64,000 nt of DNA from Candidatus Omnitrophota bacterium (GTDB lineage: Bacteria; Omnitrophota; Gorgyraeia; 2-02-FULL-51-18). A model generated the notes under the pieces. It was not told the origin of the DNA and ran no database searches. It saw only the letters and a program-made list of their open reading frames with translations. The stretch is taken from contig CAMDWQ010000007.1 in assembly GCA_945877765.1 (NCBI GenBank), positions 23,024 through 87,023 of the forward strand, given 5' to 3'. This document shows, piece after piece, positions 48,237-58,737 of this stretch. The position numbers were made by a program, and so were the translations under genes. The number at the start of each line of letters is the position of its first letter. The stretch's first letter is position 1.

Positions 48237-49597
48237 TCGAATCCATGCAGGAAACCGGACTTCGCGAAAAAATCCCTCCTCAAAACTTAGAGGCAGAGGT
48301 CGCGGTGCTGGGCTCCATGCTCATCGAGGAAGATGCGGTCGCTTATGGCATTGAAACGCTGACTCCCGAAGCATTTTATAAAGATGCGCACAAAAAGATT
48401 TTTGAGGTGATGTCGTCGCTTTTTAATCAAAATAAAGCCATTGATTTAGTGACGCTCACTGACAGCCTATATAAGGAAGGCTTTATGGATGCGGTGGGAG
48501 GGCCCAGCTACTTGGCCAATCTCACCACGGCGGTACCAACGGCGGCCAATATTCTTTATTATGCCAAAATCGTCAAAGAAAAATATATTTTGCGCCACCT
48601 GATTACGAATGCGACAGCGATTGTTAAAGACTGCTACGACACCACCGAAGATGTCGATGGGCTTCTAGATCGAGCGGAAAAAACGGTTTTTGAGATCGCC
48701 TCGAAAAAATTCGCCGGAGCCGTGGTGCCGATTAAAGATATCGTGCGCAATCAGATTGAGATCATTGACAGGCTTTATCAGCGCAAAGAACATATCACCG
48801 GCATTGCCACGGGTTTTCATGAATTTGATACCCAAACAGCCGGTCTTCAGCCGTCGGATCTGATTGTCATCGCGGCGCGTCCTTCGATGGGAAAGAGCGC
48901 TTTTATGACCTGTATCGCCGAGCATGCCGGTATGATTTTGAAAGTGCCGGTCGCCATGTTTAGTCTTGAAATGTCCAAAGAGCAGTTGATTCAGAGAATG
49001 CTTTGTTCGCGCGCTCGCGTCGACGCCCACAAAGTACGCACCGGTTTCTTGGCACAATCCGACTGGCCGGCCCTAACCAGTGCCGCGGCGAAGCTCTCCG
49101 AGGCGCCGATATATATTGATGACACTCCAGGGCTAAGTGCTTTGGAGCTCAAGGCGAAGGCACGGCGTTTGAAGGCGCAGTTTGATATCAAAATGATCAT
49201 CGTTGACTATTTGCAGCTCATGCAAGGGGCTGCCAACTCGGAAAGCCGCCAACAAGAAATTTCAGAAATTTCAAGGTCCCTCAAGGCTCTGGCTCGCGAA
49301 TTGCACCTGCCGGTCATTGCGATTAGCCAGTTATCGCGTGCCGTGGAGTCACGCAATGACCATCGTCCGCAGCTTTCCGATCTAAGAGAATCCGGCGCCA
49401 TTGAACAGGACGCGGATATGGTGGTCCTTCTTTTACGAGAAGAATATTACAATCCCACCGAAGAAAATCGCGGGAAGTGCGAAGTGATTATCGCCAAACA
49501 GCGTAACGGCCCCGTGGGGTCGGTATTTTTGACATTTATCCGTGAGTATACGCGATTTGAAAATGCTGAATTGGTTCGGCGTGAGGAAAAGGTTTAA
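48233..49597 (+). CDS. dnaB: replicative DNA helicase
   Basis: PQNLEAEVAVLGSML N-domain; RecA-like domain with Walker A ARPSMGKSAF; 454 aa, no intein. Confidence 0.93.
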   Translation: MIESMQETGLREKIPPQNLEAEVAVLGSMLIEEDAVAYGIETLTPEAFYKDAHKKIFEVMSSLFNQNKAIDLVTLTDSLYKEGFMDAVGGPSYLANLTTAVPTAANILYYAKIVKEKYILRHLITNATAIVKDCYDTTEDVDGLLDRAEKTVFEIASKKFAGAVVPIKDIVRNQIEIIDRLYQRKEHITGIATGFHEFDTQTAGLQPSDLIVIAARPSMGKSAFMTCIAEHAGMILKVPVAMFSLEMSKEQLIQRMLCSRARVDAHKVRTGFLAQSDWPALTSAAAKLSEAPIYIDDTPGLSALELKAKARRLKAQFDIKMIIVDYLQLMQGAANSESRQQEISEISRSLKALARELHLPVIAISQLSRAVESRNDHRPQLSDLRESGAIEQDADMVVLLLREEYYNPTEENRGKCEVIIAKQRNGPVGSVFLTFIREYTRFENAELVRREEKV

Positions 49598-49646
49598 CCG
49601 GCTGTTGTCAATAACCGTTACAAATATTTGATATAAAGAAAGGACT

Positions 49647-51977
49647 ATGTTAAAGTACTCACCTATGATCAACTCTAAGAGCTATTTCCGTCTTTTTTTA
49701 AGCGCAATTTTGCTTTGCATTTCCCTCTCAACCTCTTTTGCTGCGGATGACGCCAAAGTAGTCAAAGCCGTGGATGTGCGCGGTAATAAGACTGTTTCCA
49801 GCCTTGCCATTTTGGCCAAGGTCAAAACTCAGATTGGGCAGCCACTTTCTTCTACCACTCTCAATGAGGATCTAAAAAGGCTTTATGGTTTGGGATATTT
49901 TACCGATGTTAAAATTGAGCAGGAAGATATGGAAGGCGGAGTCAAAGTTATTTTCTTAGTGGTTGAAAAACCGGTGTTGTCTGAAATTAAGATTGAAGGC
50001 AATCACAAGATCGGTAAGGATGCACTCAAGAAAGAGATGCAATCCGTGACTGGTGATTTTGTCGACCAAAAGCGCATCCGCGATGACATTGAGTCCATTA
50101 AGAGACTCTACGAGAAGAAAGGTTTTTCAGGGGCAACGATTGAGAGCACTTTTGACGTGAATCCCGACACCAATCAGGCCACTCTAAAAGTTCAAATCAA
50201 CGAAGGCCTGAAGCTGCGTATTCGCAAGATCCAAGTCATCGGGAATACTTCCCTCAAGGCTGGTGATATCACTAAAGTTATGAAGACCAAGGCAATGTCG
50301 TGGTGGGGCTGGTTTCATTCGGGCTATTTAAAGGAAGATGAACTTGAGGAAGACGTTGAGAGAGTTAAAGCACTTTACGATGAGGCCGGATTTAGCGATG
50401 TTGAAGTGACGACCGAGACCGAAACTCTCAAAGAGGGCGGAGACATTATTCTCAAGATCAATGTCGTTGAAGGAAAAAAATATGTCGTAGGCACGGTGGC
50501 CTTCAAAGGCAATGAAATCGCTAAGTCCGAGGAAATCCTAAAATCCATCAAAATGGTGCAGGGAAAACCCTTCTCACGCAGAGGCCTGCGCATGGATGTG
50601 TCTAACATTCAAGACCTCTATTTTGATAAAGGCTACCTTTCCTCCCAAATTAAATCGGAGTCGCTTTACAACGATAAAACCGACCAAGTGGACTTGAATT
50701 ATTCCATCCAAGAAAATCAGCTGATTTACGTGGACAAGGTCCGTGTGGTGGGCAATAGCAAAACCAAGGACATTGTGATTCGCCGTGAATTGCGGGCGTA
50801 TCCTGGTGAATCTTTTAGCGGAGCCAAATTAAAGCGTTCGAAAGACCGTCTTTATAATTTAGGTTTTTTTGAAGATGTACGTTTTGATACTGAGGACGGA
50901 ACAACTCCCAACTCAAAAGATTTGGTGGTAAGCGTCAAGGAAGGAAAAACCGGCGAATTCAGTTTTGGCGGCGGTTATAGCTCCATTGATTCAATCATCG
51001 GATTCATTCAAATCCGCCAAAAGAATTTTGATTGGCAGAACACCAAAACATTTACGGGCGCGGGCCAGGATTTTGGAGTAAGGTTGGAGTTGGGTGCGGT
51101 GCGTAAAAATGCCGAGCTTAGTTTTACCGAGCCGTGGGTATTTGGCTACCCCTATTCTTTTGGATTTGATATTTACCGCAAAGAATTTAACAGCTCATCC
51201 AATTCGGGTTATTATTTTGATGAACGCCGCACCGGTTTTGATTTACGCTTAGGAAAAGAATTTACGGAATTTGACAAAGGCCTACTTAAATACAAGCTTG
51301 AAGAAGTAGATATTTCTGAAATTTCTGACAGCGCTTCGGCAGATTTAAAGGATGAACTTGGTACCAATCTTACCTCGAGTCTAGCCCTAACGTTAACGCA
51401 CGATCAGCGCGACAATATCTACAATCCAACCAAGGGTTATTTATTGTCAGGGACCGGAGAAGTTGCCGGCGGACCTTTGGGGGGTGACCGTGATTTCGTG
51501 AAGCTGTTTGGGCAGGCGAGCACCTATTACAAACATTTTCAAAATAATGTACTGGAACTAAAATTACGCGCCGGTATTGCGGATGCTTATGATGATAGCG
51601 AGAAGGTGCCCATTTATGAGCGGTATTTCGCGGGTGGAGCCAACACGATTCGCGGCTATAGAGAGCGGCGTATCGGACCTCGTGATACGGGCACGGATGA
51701 TCCTATTGGCGGCGAGGCGTATTGGATAGTCAATCTAGAAGAGACTTTCCCCATCTATCCCGATTTGATCAAGGGAGCCATTTTCTTTGATACCGGTAAT
51801 GTCGAGGCGAAGATCGGCGATTTCGGCTCGGGTGGAATTTTTTCGGGTGCTGGTGTCGGTGCGCGTATTAAGACGCCGATTGGGCCTGTCAAACTTGATA
51901 TGGGTTATCCGCTGGATGATGTTTCCGGCGAAAATAAAAAAGTACGTTTTTACTTTAGCGTCAGCCAAGGTTTCTAA
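49647..51977 (+). CDS. bamA: outer membrane protein assembly factor BamA (Omp85)
   Basis: Signal peptide, five POTRA-like repeats, C-terminal beta-barrel with RYFAGGANTIRGY and terminal ...SQGF. Confidence 0.9.
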   Translation: MLKYSPMINSKSYFRLFLSAILLCISLSTSFAADDAKVVKAVDVRGNKTVSSLAILAKVKTQIGQPLSSTTLNEDLKRLYGLGYFTDVKIEQEDMEGGVKVIFLVVEKPVLSEIKIEGNHKIGKDALKKEMQSVTGDFVDQKRIRDDIESIKRLYEKKGFSGATIESTFDVNPDTNQATLKVQINEGLKLRIRKIQVIGNTSLKAGDITKVMKTKAMSWWGWFHSGYLKEDELEEDVERVKALYDEAGFSDVEVTTETETLKEGGDIILKINVVEGKKYVVGTVAFKGNEIAKSEEILKSIKMVQGKPFSRRGLRMDVSNIQDLYFDKGYLSSQIKSESLYNDKTDQVDLNYSIQENQLIYVDKVRVVGNSKTKDIVIRRELRAYPGESFSGAKLKRSKDRLYNLGFFEDVRFDTEDGTTPNSKDLVVSVKEGKTGEFSFGGGYSSIDSIIGFIQIRQKNFDWQNTKTFTGAGQDFGVRLELGAVRKNAELSFTEPWVFGYPYSFGFDIYRKEFNSSSNSGYYFDERRTGFDLRLGKEFTEFDKGLLKYKLEEVDISEISDSASADLKDELGTNLTSSLALTLTHDQRDNIYNPTKGYLLSGTGEVAGGPLGGDRDFVKLFGQASTYYKHFQNNVLELKLRAGIADAYDDSEKVPIYERYFAGGANTIRGYRERRIGPRDTGTDDPIGGEAYWIVNLEETFPIYPDLIKGAIFFDTGNVEAKIGDFGSGGIFSGAGVGARIKTPIGPVKLDMGYPLDDVSGENKKVRFYFSVSQGF

Positions 51978-52006
51978 ACGGTTCTAAAATTAATCACTTT
52001 AAGGAG

Positions 52007-52543
52007 ATGATGGTAGCCATGAAGAAAATGACATTAGTTTTTGCCGCATTGTTAATGGTAACTGGTTTTACAGTTGCAGGCGCCTCTTCTGCCTACGCGG
52101 CTGAGCAAAAAATAGGCTATGTGGATTTGGCCCACATTTTTGATGACTATCAAAAAACAAAAGATTTTGACAAGACCTTAGAAGGTAAGGGAAATGCCAA
52201 GCAGGGCGAGCGCGATATAATGGTCAATGATGTCAAAAAAATGAGAGACGAAGCTGAGCTGTTATCGGCCAAAGCCAAGGATGATAAACAGGCGGCGATT
52301 GACGAAAAAATAAAAACACTGCAGGAATTTGACCGCAGTACGCGCGACGCTTTAAGAAAAGAACGCGATACGATGGTTCAGGATATTTTAAAAGAAATCG
52401 AAGTCGTGATTCAAAATTTTGGAAAGAGCCAGGGGTATTCCTTTATTTTCAACGATCGCGTTTTGGTGTATAAAGGCGAGACGAGCGATCTGTCGGCGCA
52501 AGTGATTAAAGCATTGAATGATTCCTACACCAAGAAAAAATAA
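52007..52543 (+). CDS. skp: OmpH/Skp-family periplasmic chaperone
   Basis: Signal peptide + coiled-coil rich; OmpH-like [13 protein letters not shown]; conserved bamA-skp-lpxD order. Confidence 0.8.
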   Translation: MMVAMKKMTLVFAALLMVTGFTVAGASSAYAAEQKIGYVDLAHIFDDYQKTKDFDKTLEGKGNAKQGERDIMVNDVKKMRDEAELLSAKAKDDKQAAIDEKIKTLQEFDRSTRDALRKERDTMVQDILKEIEVVIQNFGKSQGYSFIFNDRVLVYKGETSDLSAQVIKALNDSYTKKK

Positions 52544-53576
52544 TGAGGCACCCAAGAGTCTAAACTTAGGTGAAGTCGCCGCGCTGGTTGGCGGTGAACT
52601 CGTTGGCGGAAATGAGCTTTATCCGGTAACAGGTGTTGCAGGGATCAAAGAAGCCCAAAAGGGAGATATTACGTTCCTCGTGAACGATAAATATCTCCCT
52701 TTTTTACTTGAGACGCAGGCGGCGGCGGTGATTGTGCCGCTCAGTGTGTCGACCGCTCAAATTCCCCTAATTCGGACAGCAAATCCCTCTCAAGCTTTTT
52801 CCCGCGTGGCGCTTCACTTTTCACCTACTCCGGTTAGCTTTGATTTGAGTATTCATTCAACAGCGGTGATTGAAAAAAATACTGTCATCGGACACGGGGT
52901 CCATGTGGGCCCACATGCAGTAGTTGGTGAAAATACTCGCATCGGCCGTCGCTCGGTTGTGGCGGCGAATGTATTTCTGGGCCCCAATTGCGTGATCGGG
53001 GAGGATGTGTTGATTTACCCGAATGTTGTGATTCGTGAAAATACTCAAGTAGGCGATCGTACCATTATTCATAGCGGTGCCGTCATAGGAAGCGATGGGT
53101 ATGGTTATGAAACCAATGAAGGCAACCATGAAAAGATTCCTCACACCGGTTTTGTGCTCATCGAAGAGGATGTTGAAATTGGGGCTAATACTTGTATCGA
53201 CCGCGGGCGCTTTCAGAAAACTTGGATTCAAAAGGGAAGTAAGATTGATAATTTGGTTCAAATTGCTCACAACGTCATCATTGGCCCTAACAGTTTGATT
53301 GTCTCTCAAGCGGGTATTTCTGGTTCAACCGAGTTGGGTAAAAATGTCATTGTTGCTGGGCAGGCGGGTCTGGTGGGACATATTACGGTCGGTGATTTTG
53401 CCATTATTGGCGCAGGCGCTGGAGTGACTAAGCCGGTACCTGCAAAAGCGATTGTGCTGGGGAGTCCCGCAAAACCAATCAGTGAGCAAAAAAGACTATT
53501 TGCGTTTATTGCGAGGCTTCCGGATCTTTTTAAGGATGTGGCGGAATTGAAGAAAAAGTTAAAAAAGGATGAATAA
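52518..53576 (+). CDS. lpxD: UDP-3-O-(3-hydroxyacyl)glucosamine N-acyltransferase
   Basis: [15 protein letters not shown]-domain, extended hexapeptide left-handed beta-helix. The start at 52518 overlaps the skp 3' end by 26 nt. Confidence 0.88.
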   Translation: MIPTPRKNNEAPKSLNLGEVAALVGGELVGGNELYPVTGVAGIKEAQKGDITFLVNDKYLPFLLETQAAAVIVPLSVSTAQIPLIRTANPSQAFSRVALHFSPTPVSFDLSIHSTAVIEKNTVIGHGVHVGPHAVVGENTRIGRRSVVAANVFLGPNCVIGEDVLIYPNVVIRENTQVGDRTIIHSGAVIGSDGYGYETNEGNHEKIPHTGFVLIEEDVEIGANTCIDRGRFQKTWIQKGSKIDNLVQIAHNVIIGPNSLIVSQAGISGSTELGKNVIVAGQAGLVGHITVGDFAIIGAGAGVTKPVPAKAIVLGSPAKPISEQKRLFAFIARLPDLFKDVAELKKKLKKDE

Positions 53577-53584
53577 CATAACCA

Positions 53585-53707
53585 TTTCCCCTCCTTTCGA
53601 AGGAGGGGTGGCGCCGAAGGCGACGGGGTGGTTGAACACGCTACGTTTCATACATAAACCCCCGCAACCCCTCCGCCTCCGGCACCTCCCCTTCGAAAGG
53701 GGAGGAA
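53585..53707. repeat. Family A repeat, copy A8
   Basis: ttcccctcctttcgaaggaggggtggcgccgaaggcgacggggtgg...caacccctccgcctccggcacctccccttcgaaaggggagg. The element ends 2 nt before the lpxC ATG, so its terminal GGAGG acts as the SD. Confidence 0.85.
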
Positions 53708-53708
53708 A

Positions 53709-54557
53709 ATGATTACGGACAACCAAAAGACGATTTTAAAAGAAGGTAGTCTTTCGGGAAGCGGGATTCATCTGGGGAAGATGGCGCAAGTTTTCTTTAA
53801 GCCAGCGGACCCTGATACCGGCATCCAATTTTTTAAAAATGGTGTTTCTGTTGGAATATTGGGGGGAGATTCTTCTTTCTCTTTAATGGATGAAGTGGCC
53901 AGATGCAGTGCTGTGGGAAATGGCGCTTTGAGAATTCTGACGGTGGAGCATCTTTTGGCGGCGATTTATGGGCTGGGAATCAGCAATCTGTTGGTGGATG
54001 TGCATGGCGACGAAGTTCCCGGAGTTGATGGCAGTGCCGCGCCCTTTACGAAACTTTTAAAAGAGCTGGGTCTTAAAGATCAGAAAAAAAAGAAATATGT
54101 GTACCGGATTTCTGATCCCTTGTTTTGTCATGAATCCGCCAAGGCGATTGCCATTTTTCCCTCGGATCAACTAGAGGTCCATTATTGCCTGGATTATGAT
54201 TATCCGGGCTTAAGAAACCAGAAGGTTGAATTTACCGTGAATGCGGCCGTTTTTGGCAAAGAGATAGCGCCTTGCAGAACTTTTTGCACGCAAGACGAAG
54301 CTAAATTTTTGAAAGAAAAGGGTTTTGGGCTCGGGGGGAACGATGAGAATAATATTGTTGTTTCGCCCGACGGATCTCATCAAAAAAATCTGCGCTTTCC
54401 GGATGAATGCGCACGGCATAAAGTTTTGGATGTGATCGGGGACTTAAGCCTTTTGGGTTTTCCGGTTTTGGGGAAAGTCATTGGTATTCGAAGCGGTCAT
54501 TCACTCAACCGAAAATTGGTTCAAGCGATCAGGAGACAAAAAGAAAATGGAGCATAA
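53709..54557 (+). CDS. lpxC: UDP-3-O-acyl-N-acetylglucosamine deacetylase
   Basis: TILKEGSLSGSGIHLGK..., HKVLDVIGDL zinc-site motif. Confidence 0.92.
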   Translation: MITDNQKTILKEGSLSGSGIHLGKMAQVFFKPADPDTGIQFFKNGVSVGILGGDSSFSLMDEVARCSAVGNGALRILTVEHLLAAIYGLGISNLLVDVHGDEVPGVDGSAAPFTKLLKELGLKDQKKKKYVYRISDPLFCHESAKAIAIFPSDQLEVHYCLDYDYPGLRNQKVEFTVNAAVFGKEIAPCRTFCTQDEAKFLKEKGFGLGGNDENNIVVSPDGSHQKNLRFPDECARHKVLDVIGDLSLLGFPVLGKVIGIRSGHSLNRKLVQAIRRQKENGA

Positions 54558-55005
54558 AAAAGAAGCAAAGCCAAAAGGTTTTCTGCTGGATAGCGAGCAA
54601 ATTAAAAAAATTCTGCCTCATCGTTTTCCATTTTTATTGGTGGATCGCATCATTGAAATGAGCGAACATCGTGTCGTGGGAATCAAAAATGTCAGCGTCA
54701 ACGATTATTTTTTTCAGGGGCATTTTCCCCAAAAACCCGTCATGCCGGGCGTTTTGATTGTCGAGGCTTTGGCGCAGACCGGAGGGGTGATGATGCTCTC
54801 TCGAAGTGAAAACCATCAAAAGCTGGCGTATTTGGTGGCGGTGAATGAAGCGCGTTTTCGACGCATGGTCATTCCCGGCGACCAGTTGAGACTGGAAGTG
54901 GACGTGATTAAGATGAAGTCCAAGATTGGCCTTGTCAAAGGAGTCGCTTTGGTAGACGGCGAAGAAGCCTGCAGTGCTGAGATTATGTTTACGTTGGGGG
55001 AATAG
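54547..55005 (+). CDS. fabZ: 3-hydroxyacyl-ACP dehydratase
   Basis: ILPHRFPFLLVDRIIE, hot-dog fold; internal start MEHKK... overlaps the lpxC stop by 11 nt. Confidence 0.9.
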   Translation: MEHKKEAKPKGFLLDSEQIKKILPHRFPFLLVDRIIEMSEHRVVGIKNVSVNDYFFQGHFPQKPVMPGVLIVEALAQTGGVMMLSRSENHQKLAYLVAVNEARFRRMVIPGDQLRLEVDVIKMKSKIGLVKGVALVDGEEACSAEIMFTLGE

Positions 55006-55812
55006 TTGACAAAAATTCACACAACTGCTCTGATTGATCCAAAAGCCCAGCTTGATCCGACGGTCTCGGTCGGCGCTTATGCGGTGATCGGCCCCCATGT
55101 GGTGATTGGCAAAGACACTATCATTTCGTCCCATGTCACGGTCGATGGGTATACGCAGATCGGCGAGCGTTGTCATATTTATTCGTATGCGTGTTTGGGA
55201 AGCGCGCCACAAGTGCGCAAGCTTCCACATAAGTCTTATCTAAAAATTGGGGATGACAATACGATTCGCGAATACGTGACGATGAATCCCGGGATGGCTG
55301 AAGAAAGCTCAACGATTGTTGGGGATAATAATTTTTTGATGATGAATGCGCACATTGCCCACGATTGTATTCTGGGCAGTCAGATTACCATTGCCAACGG
55401 CGTTGCGTTGGCGGGACACGTCACGATTGAAAATTGTGCCACGGTGGGGGGCTTAAGCGGGATCCATCAATTTGTGAGAGTTGGTCAGTATGCAATGCTC
55501 GGGGCGATGTCCAAAGCAGTGATGGATATTGCTCCCTTTTCAACTTGCGACGGAAATCCCGCGTCCTTCTATGGGATCAATACGCTGGGTTTAAAGCGCG
55601 CCGAGTTTTCTCCCGCAGACCGCTTGATTGTTCGTAGAGCCCTTAAAATCCTTTTAGCATCGGGGAAAAAACTTTCCTCAGCCGTCGAGGAAGTGCGCAA
55701 GGAATTTCCCGGCAATGCCCATATTGGTGACATCCTTCATTTTGTTACCAATTCACGCCGTGGGGTGGCCAGGGCAAACTCTGATTTTTCTGACAATGAG
55801 GAAATCGGATAA
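55006..55812 (+). CDS. lpxA: acyl-ACP--UDP-N-acetylglucosamine O-acyltransferase
   Basis: IHTTALIDPKAQLDPTVSVGAYAVIG hexapeptide repeats; TTG start. Confidence 0.9.
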   Translation: MTKIHTTALIDPKAQLDPTVSVGAYAVIGPHVVIGKDTIISSHVTVDGYTQIGERCHIYSYACLGSAPQVRKLPHKSYLKIGDDNTIREYVTMNPGMAEESSTIVGDNNFLMMNAHIAHDCILGSQITIANGVALAGHVTIENCATVGGLSGIHQFVRVGQYAMLGAMSKAVMDIAPFSTCDGNPASFYGINTLGLKRAEFSPADRLIVRRALKILLASGKKLSSAVEEVRKEFPGNAHIGDILHFVTNSRRGVARANSDFSDNEEIG

Positions 55813-55821
55813 GACGGTCCC

Positions 55822-56652
55822 ATGAATCATTCTCTAAAATCTCAAGAAGCTCCTATCGGCCTTATTGCCGGGCAGGGGGAATTTCCCCTTCTATTTGCGA
55901 CGGCGGCCATGGCCGTGGGCAAAAAAGTTATTGTGTTTGGGATTGAAGGCCAGACGGATCGGCGGATTGAGGAATTGAATTTGGAGACTCATTACGTGGG
56001 CCTGGGAGAGCTGGAGAAGCTGGTGCTGCTGCTTAAGGAAAAAAAAATCAAGCAAGTCATGCTTGCCGGCGGAGTCCCAAAAAAAGAAATTTATAATCCC
56101 TCGTTTAGAATCGACGCCACCGCTCAAAATTTAATCTACGGCACTAAAAACAAGGGCGATGACCATCTGCTGAGAGCTTTTCAGATTTTTTTAAAAGTGA
56201 AATGCGGTATTTCTATTTTAGATTCAAGAAAGTTTTTAAAAGAAGCCATGGCTCCCAAAGGAGTCTTGACGCGCCGGCAGCCTACGCCTGCGGAGTGGGA
56301 GGATTTGCGTTTTGGTTGGAAAATCGCCAAAGGGATTGGCCGCTTGGATATTGGCCAGACGGTGGTGATCAAAAAAGGGGTTGTTTTGGCTATTGAGGCT
56401 ATTGAAGGCACGGACAGCGCCATCGGCCGCGGTGGCTTGCTGGCAAACGGCGGGGCGGTTGTCGTCAAAGTATGCAAGCCGACTCAAAATCTACGATTTG
56501 ACCTTCCTTGCGTCGGGCGTGCTACACTAGAAAGTCTTAGCAGTGCTTCCTCACAAGTCCTGGGTGTTGAGGCGGGGAAGACGATTATGATTTTTAAAGA
56601 CAAGCTTATCCAAACCGCAAATGAAAAAGAAATATCCATTGTAGGGTTGTAA
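55822..56652 (+). CDS. lpxI: UDP-2,3-diacylglucosamine diphosphatase LpxI (DUF1009)
   Basis: IGLIAGQGEFPLL N-terminus and overall DUF1009 pattern; located after lpxA as in LpxI-using bacteria. Confidence 0.7.
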   Translation: MNHSLKSQEAPIGLIAGQGEFPLLFATAAMAVGKKVIVFGIEGQTDRRIEELNLETHYVGLGELEKLVLLLKEKKIKQVMLAGGVPKKEIYNPSFRIDATAQNLIYGTKNKGDDHLLRAFQIFLKVKCGISILDSRKFLKEAMAPKGVLTRRQPTPAEWEDLRFGWKIAKGIGRLDIGQTVVIKKGVVLAIEAIEGTDSAIGRGGLLANGGAVVVKVCKPTQNLRFDLPCVGRATLESLSSASSQVLGVEAGKTIMIFKDKLIQTANEKEISIVGL

Positions 56653-56661
56653 AGGATACAA

Positions 56662-57342
56662 ATGGTTGGAAGCATACTGATCATCGGCGATGAAAATAAA
56701 CAGGGCCTTCTCCTCAAGGATGCCCTCAAGAAAGAGACGCATTTTTCTTTAAGTCTTATCTCTAAAACGGCTATTTCTGTTAGCGCGATTGTTGAAAAAG
56801 CCCCGGACGTGATAGTCATTAACCCCAAAACCACCTATTTTGAAATTATGGATCTTTATTACAGCCTTAAAAAAGAGCCGCAGATAATCGATACGCCAAT
56901 TGTCCTTTTGATGGATGAAAGCGAGATGAAGGCGGCTGATCTTCCTTCGGGAATTCAGGAAGTATTGTATCGGCCTTTGCGTCTAGAGGAGGCGGTGACT
57001 CGTATCCAGCTTCTATTTAAACGCATCCACAAAATTGACCAGAAAAATGTGATTCAGCGCGGCAAGATCATGATCGATGTGGCCAAGTACGAAATTAAAA
57101 TAGGCGAAAAGAAAATCGATCTGACCTTCACCGAATTTCAGCTGTTAAAATTTTTATGCACCAACCCAGGCACGGTTTTTACGCGTGAAGTACTTTTAAA
57201 TAAAGTCTGGGGCTATGAGTACTACGGCGGAACACGCACGGTCGATGTGCATATTCGCCGTTTGCGGTCCAAGATTGAGGGGAAGTCGTCGACATTTATT
57301 GAAACCGTCCGGAACATCGGATATAAATTTATTTCAGACTAG
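56662..57342 (+). CDS. OmpR/PhoB-type winged-helix response regulator (atypical receiver domain)
   Basis: C-terminal LTFTEFQLLKFLCTNPGTVFTREVLLNKVWGYEYYGGTRTVDVHIRRLRSKIE trans_reg_C; the N-terminal receiver-like region lacks the canonical DD pair; GTG start. Confidence 0.65.
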   Translation: MVGSILIIGDENKQGLLLKDALKKETHFSLSLISKTAISVSAIVEKAPDVIVINPKTTYFEIMDLYYSLKKEPQIIDTPIVLLMDESEMKAADLPSGIQEVLYRPLRLEEAVTRIQLLFKRIHKIDQKNVIQRGKIMIDVAKYEIKIGEKKIDLTFTEFQLLKFLCTNPGTVFTREVLLNKVWGYEYYGGTRTVDVHIRRLRSKIEGKSSTFIETVRNIGYKFISD

Positions 57343-57356
57343 AAGGAAGAATCAAA

Positions 57357-58727
57357 ATGGCCAAAAAAAATAAAATCTCAAAATTATCGGGTAACAACTC
57401 TATCCGGCAGGGGCGGGATTTTGTGCTCAAGAAAGCGCAGGAAGACGGCGTCAAGTTTATCCGTCTGTGGTTTTGTGACACGCTCGGTCTCTTGAAGAGC
57501 TTTGCCATCACGATTGATGAGCTGGCGGAAGCGATGGATAAGGGTAAGTTTTTTGACGGCTCGGCGATTGAGAGTTTTGCGCGCAATGAAGAATCGGACA
57601 TGCGCGCTCTTCCGGACCCGACTACGTTTCAAGTGCTTCCGTGGAGGCCTAAGGAAAACGCGGTGGCTCGTATGTTTGCCGATATTGTAGATAACAACGG
57701 CGTTCCGTTTGACGGAGATCCACGCCAGTGCCTCAAGCGTAACCTCAAAAAAGCTTCCGATTTGGGATATACATTTTATGTGGGACCAGAGATTGAATTT
57801 TTCTATTTTCAAAATTCAGAGTCGACGAAACCTTTGGATCAAGGTGGTTATTTTGATTTGACCTCGCTTGATGCCGGCTCCGACTTAAGGCGCGAGACGG
57901 TGTTGACCTTGGAGGAAATGGGAATCGGTGTGGAATCTAGCCACCATGAGGCGGCGCCTAGCCAGCATGAAATTGATTTACGCTATACCGATGCGCTTAC
58001 CATGGCAGACAATGCGATTACGTACCGTCTTGTCGTCAAAGAAATTGCGATGAAAAATGGGGTTTACGCGACGTTTATGCCCAAGCCTCTTAAAGGGGAA
58101 AACGGAAGCGGAATGCATGTGCATCAGTCCTTATTCAAGGGAGATGTGAATTTATTTTATGATAAAAACGGCCAAAACCATCTTTCGAAACTGGGTCGCC
58201 AATATATCGCGGGCCTTTTAAAATATGCGCCCGAAATGACGATTGTGACCAACCAGTGGGTCAACTCGTATAAGCGGCTAATTCCTGGTTATGAGGCTCC
58301 CGTGTACGTTTGCTGGGGCAAGCGTAACCGCTCGGCACTCGTGCGCTTACCGGCGCACAAACGGGGTTATGAGAGTGGTGTGCGGGCGGAATTGCGTATG
58401 CCGGATGCGGCTTGCAACCCTTATCTTGCGTTTTCGGTGATGCTGGCGGCGGGGCTAGAAGGGATACGGCAAGGACTTGAACTTCCGGAGCCGATGGAGC
58501 AGAGTCCTTTTGAATTATCCGAAGCAGATCGCAAAAAGCGCGGTATCCGTATGCTGCCGCAGAGCCTAGGAGAGGCGATCACGATTGCCCAAGGAAGCAA
58601 ATTTTTGAAAGATGCTCTCGGTGAGCATATTTTTAATTCCCTGATTGAAAATAAGAAAATTGAGTGGAATAAATACTGCGCGGAAGTCTCGAGTTTTGAG
58701 TTGGAAAAATACCTACCGGTTCTTTAA
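57357..58727 (+). CDS. glnA: glutamine synthetase, type I
   Basis: GPEIEFFYFQ, KPLKGENGSGMHVHQSLF ATP-binding signature, 456 aa. Confidence 0.92.
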   Translation: MAKKNKISKLSGNNSIRQGRDFVLKKAQEDGVKFIRLWFCDTLGLLKSFAITIDELAEAMDKGKFFDGSAIESFARNEESDMRALPDPTTFQVLPWRPKENAVARMFADIVDNNGVPFDGDPRQCLKRNLKKASDLGYTFYVGPEIEFFYFQNSESTKPLDQGGYFDLTSLDAGSDLRRETVLTLEEMGIGVESSHHEAAPSQHEIDLRYTDALTMADNAITYRLVVKEIAMKNGVYATFMPKPLKGENGSGMHVHQSLFKGDVNLFYDKNGQNHLSKLGRQYIAGLLKYAPEMTIVTNQWVNSYKRLIPGYEAPVYVCWGKRNRSALVRLPAHKRGYESGVRAELRMPDAACNPYLAFSVMLAAGLEGIRQGLELPEPMEQSPFELSEADRKKRGIRMLPQSLGEAITIAQGSKFLKDALGEHIFNSLIENKKIEWNKYCAEVSSFELEKYLPVL

Positions 58728-58737
58728 AACAATCTGT

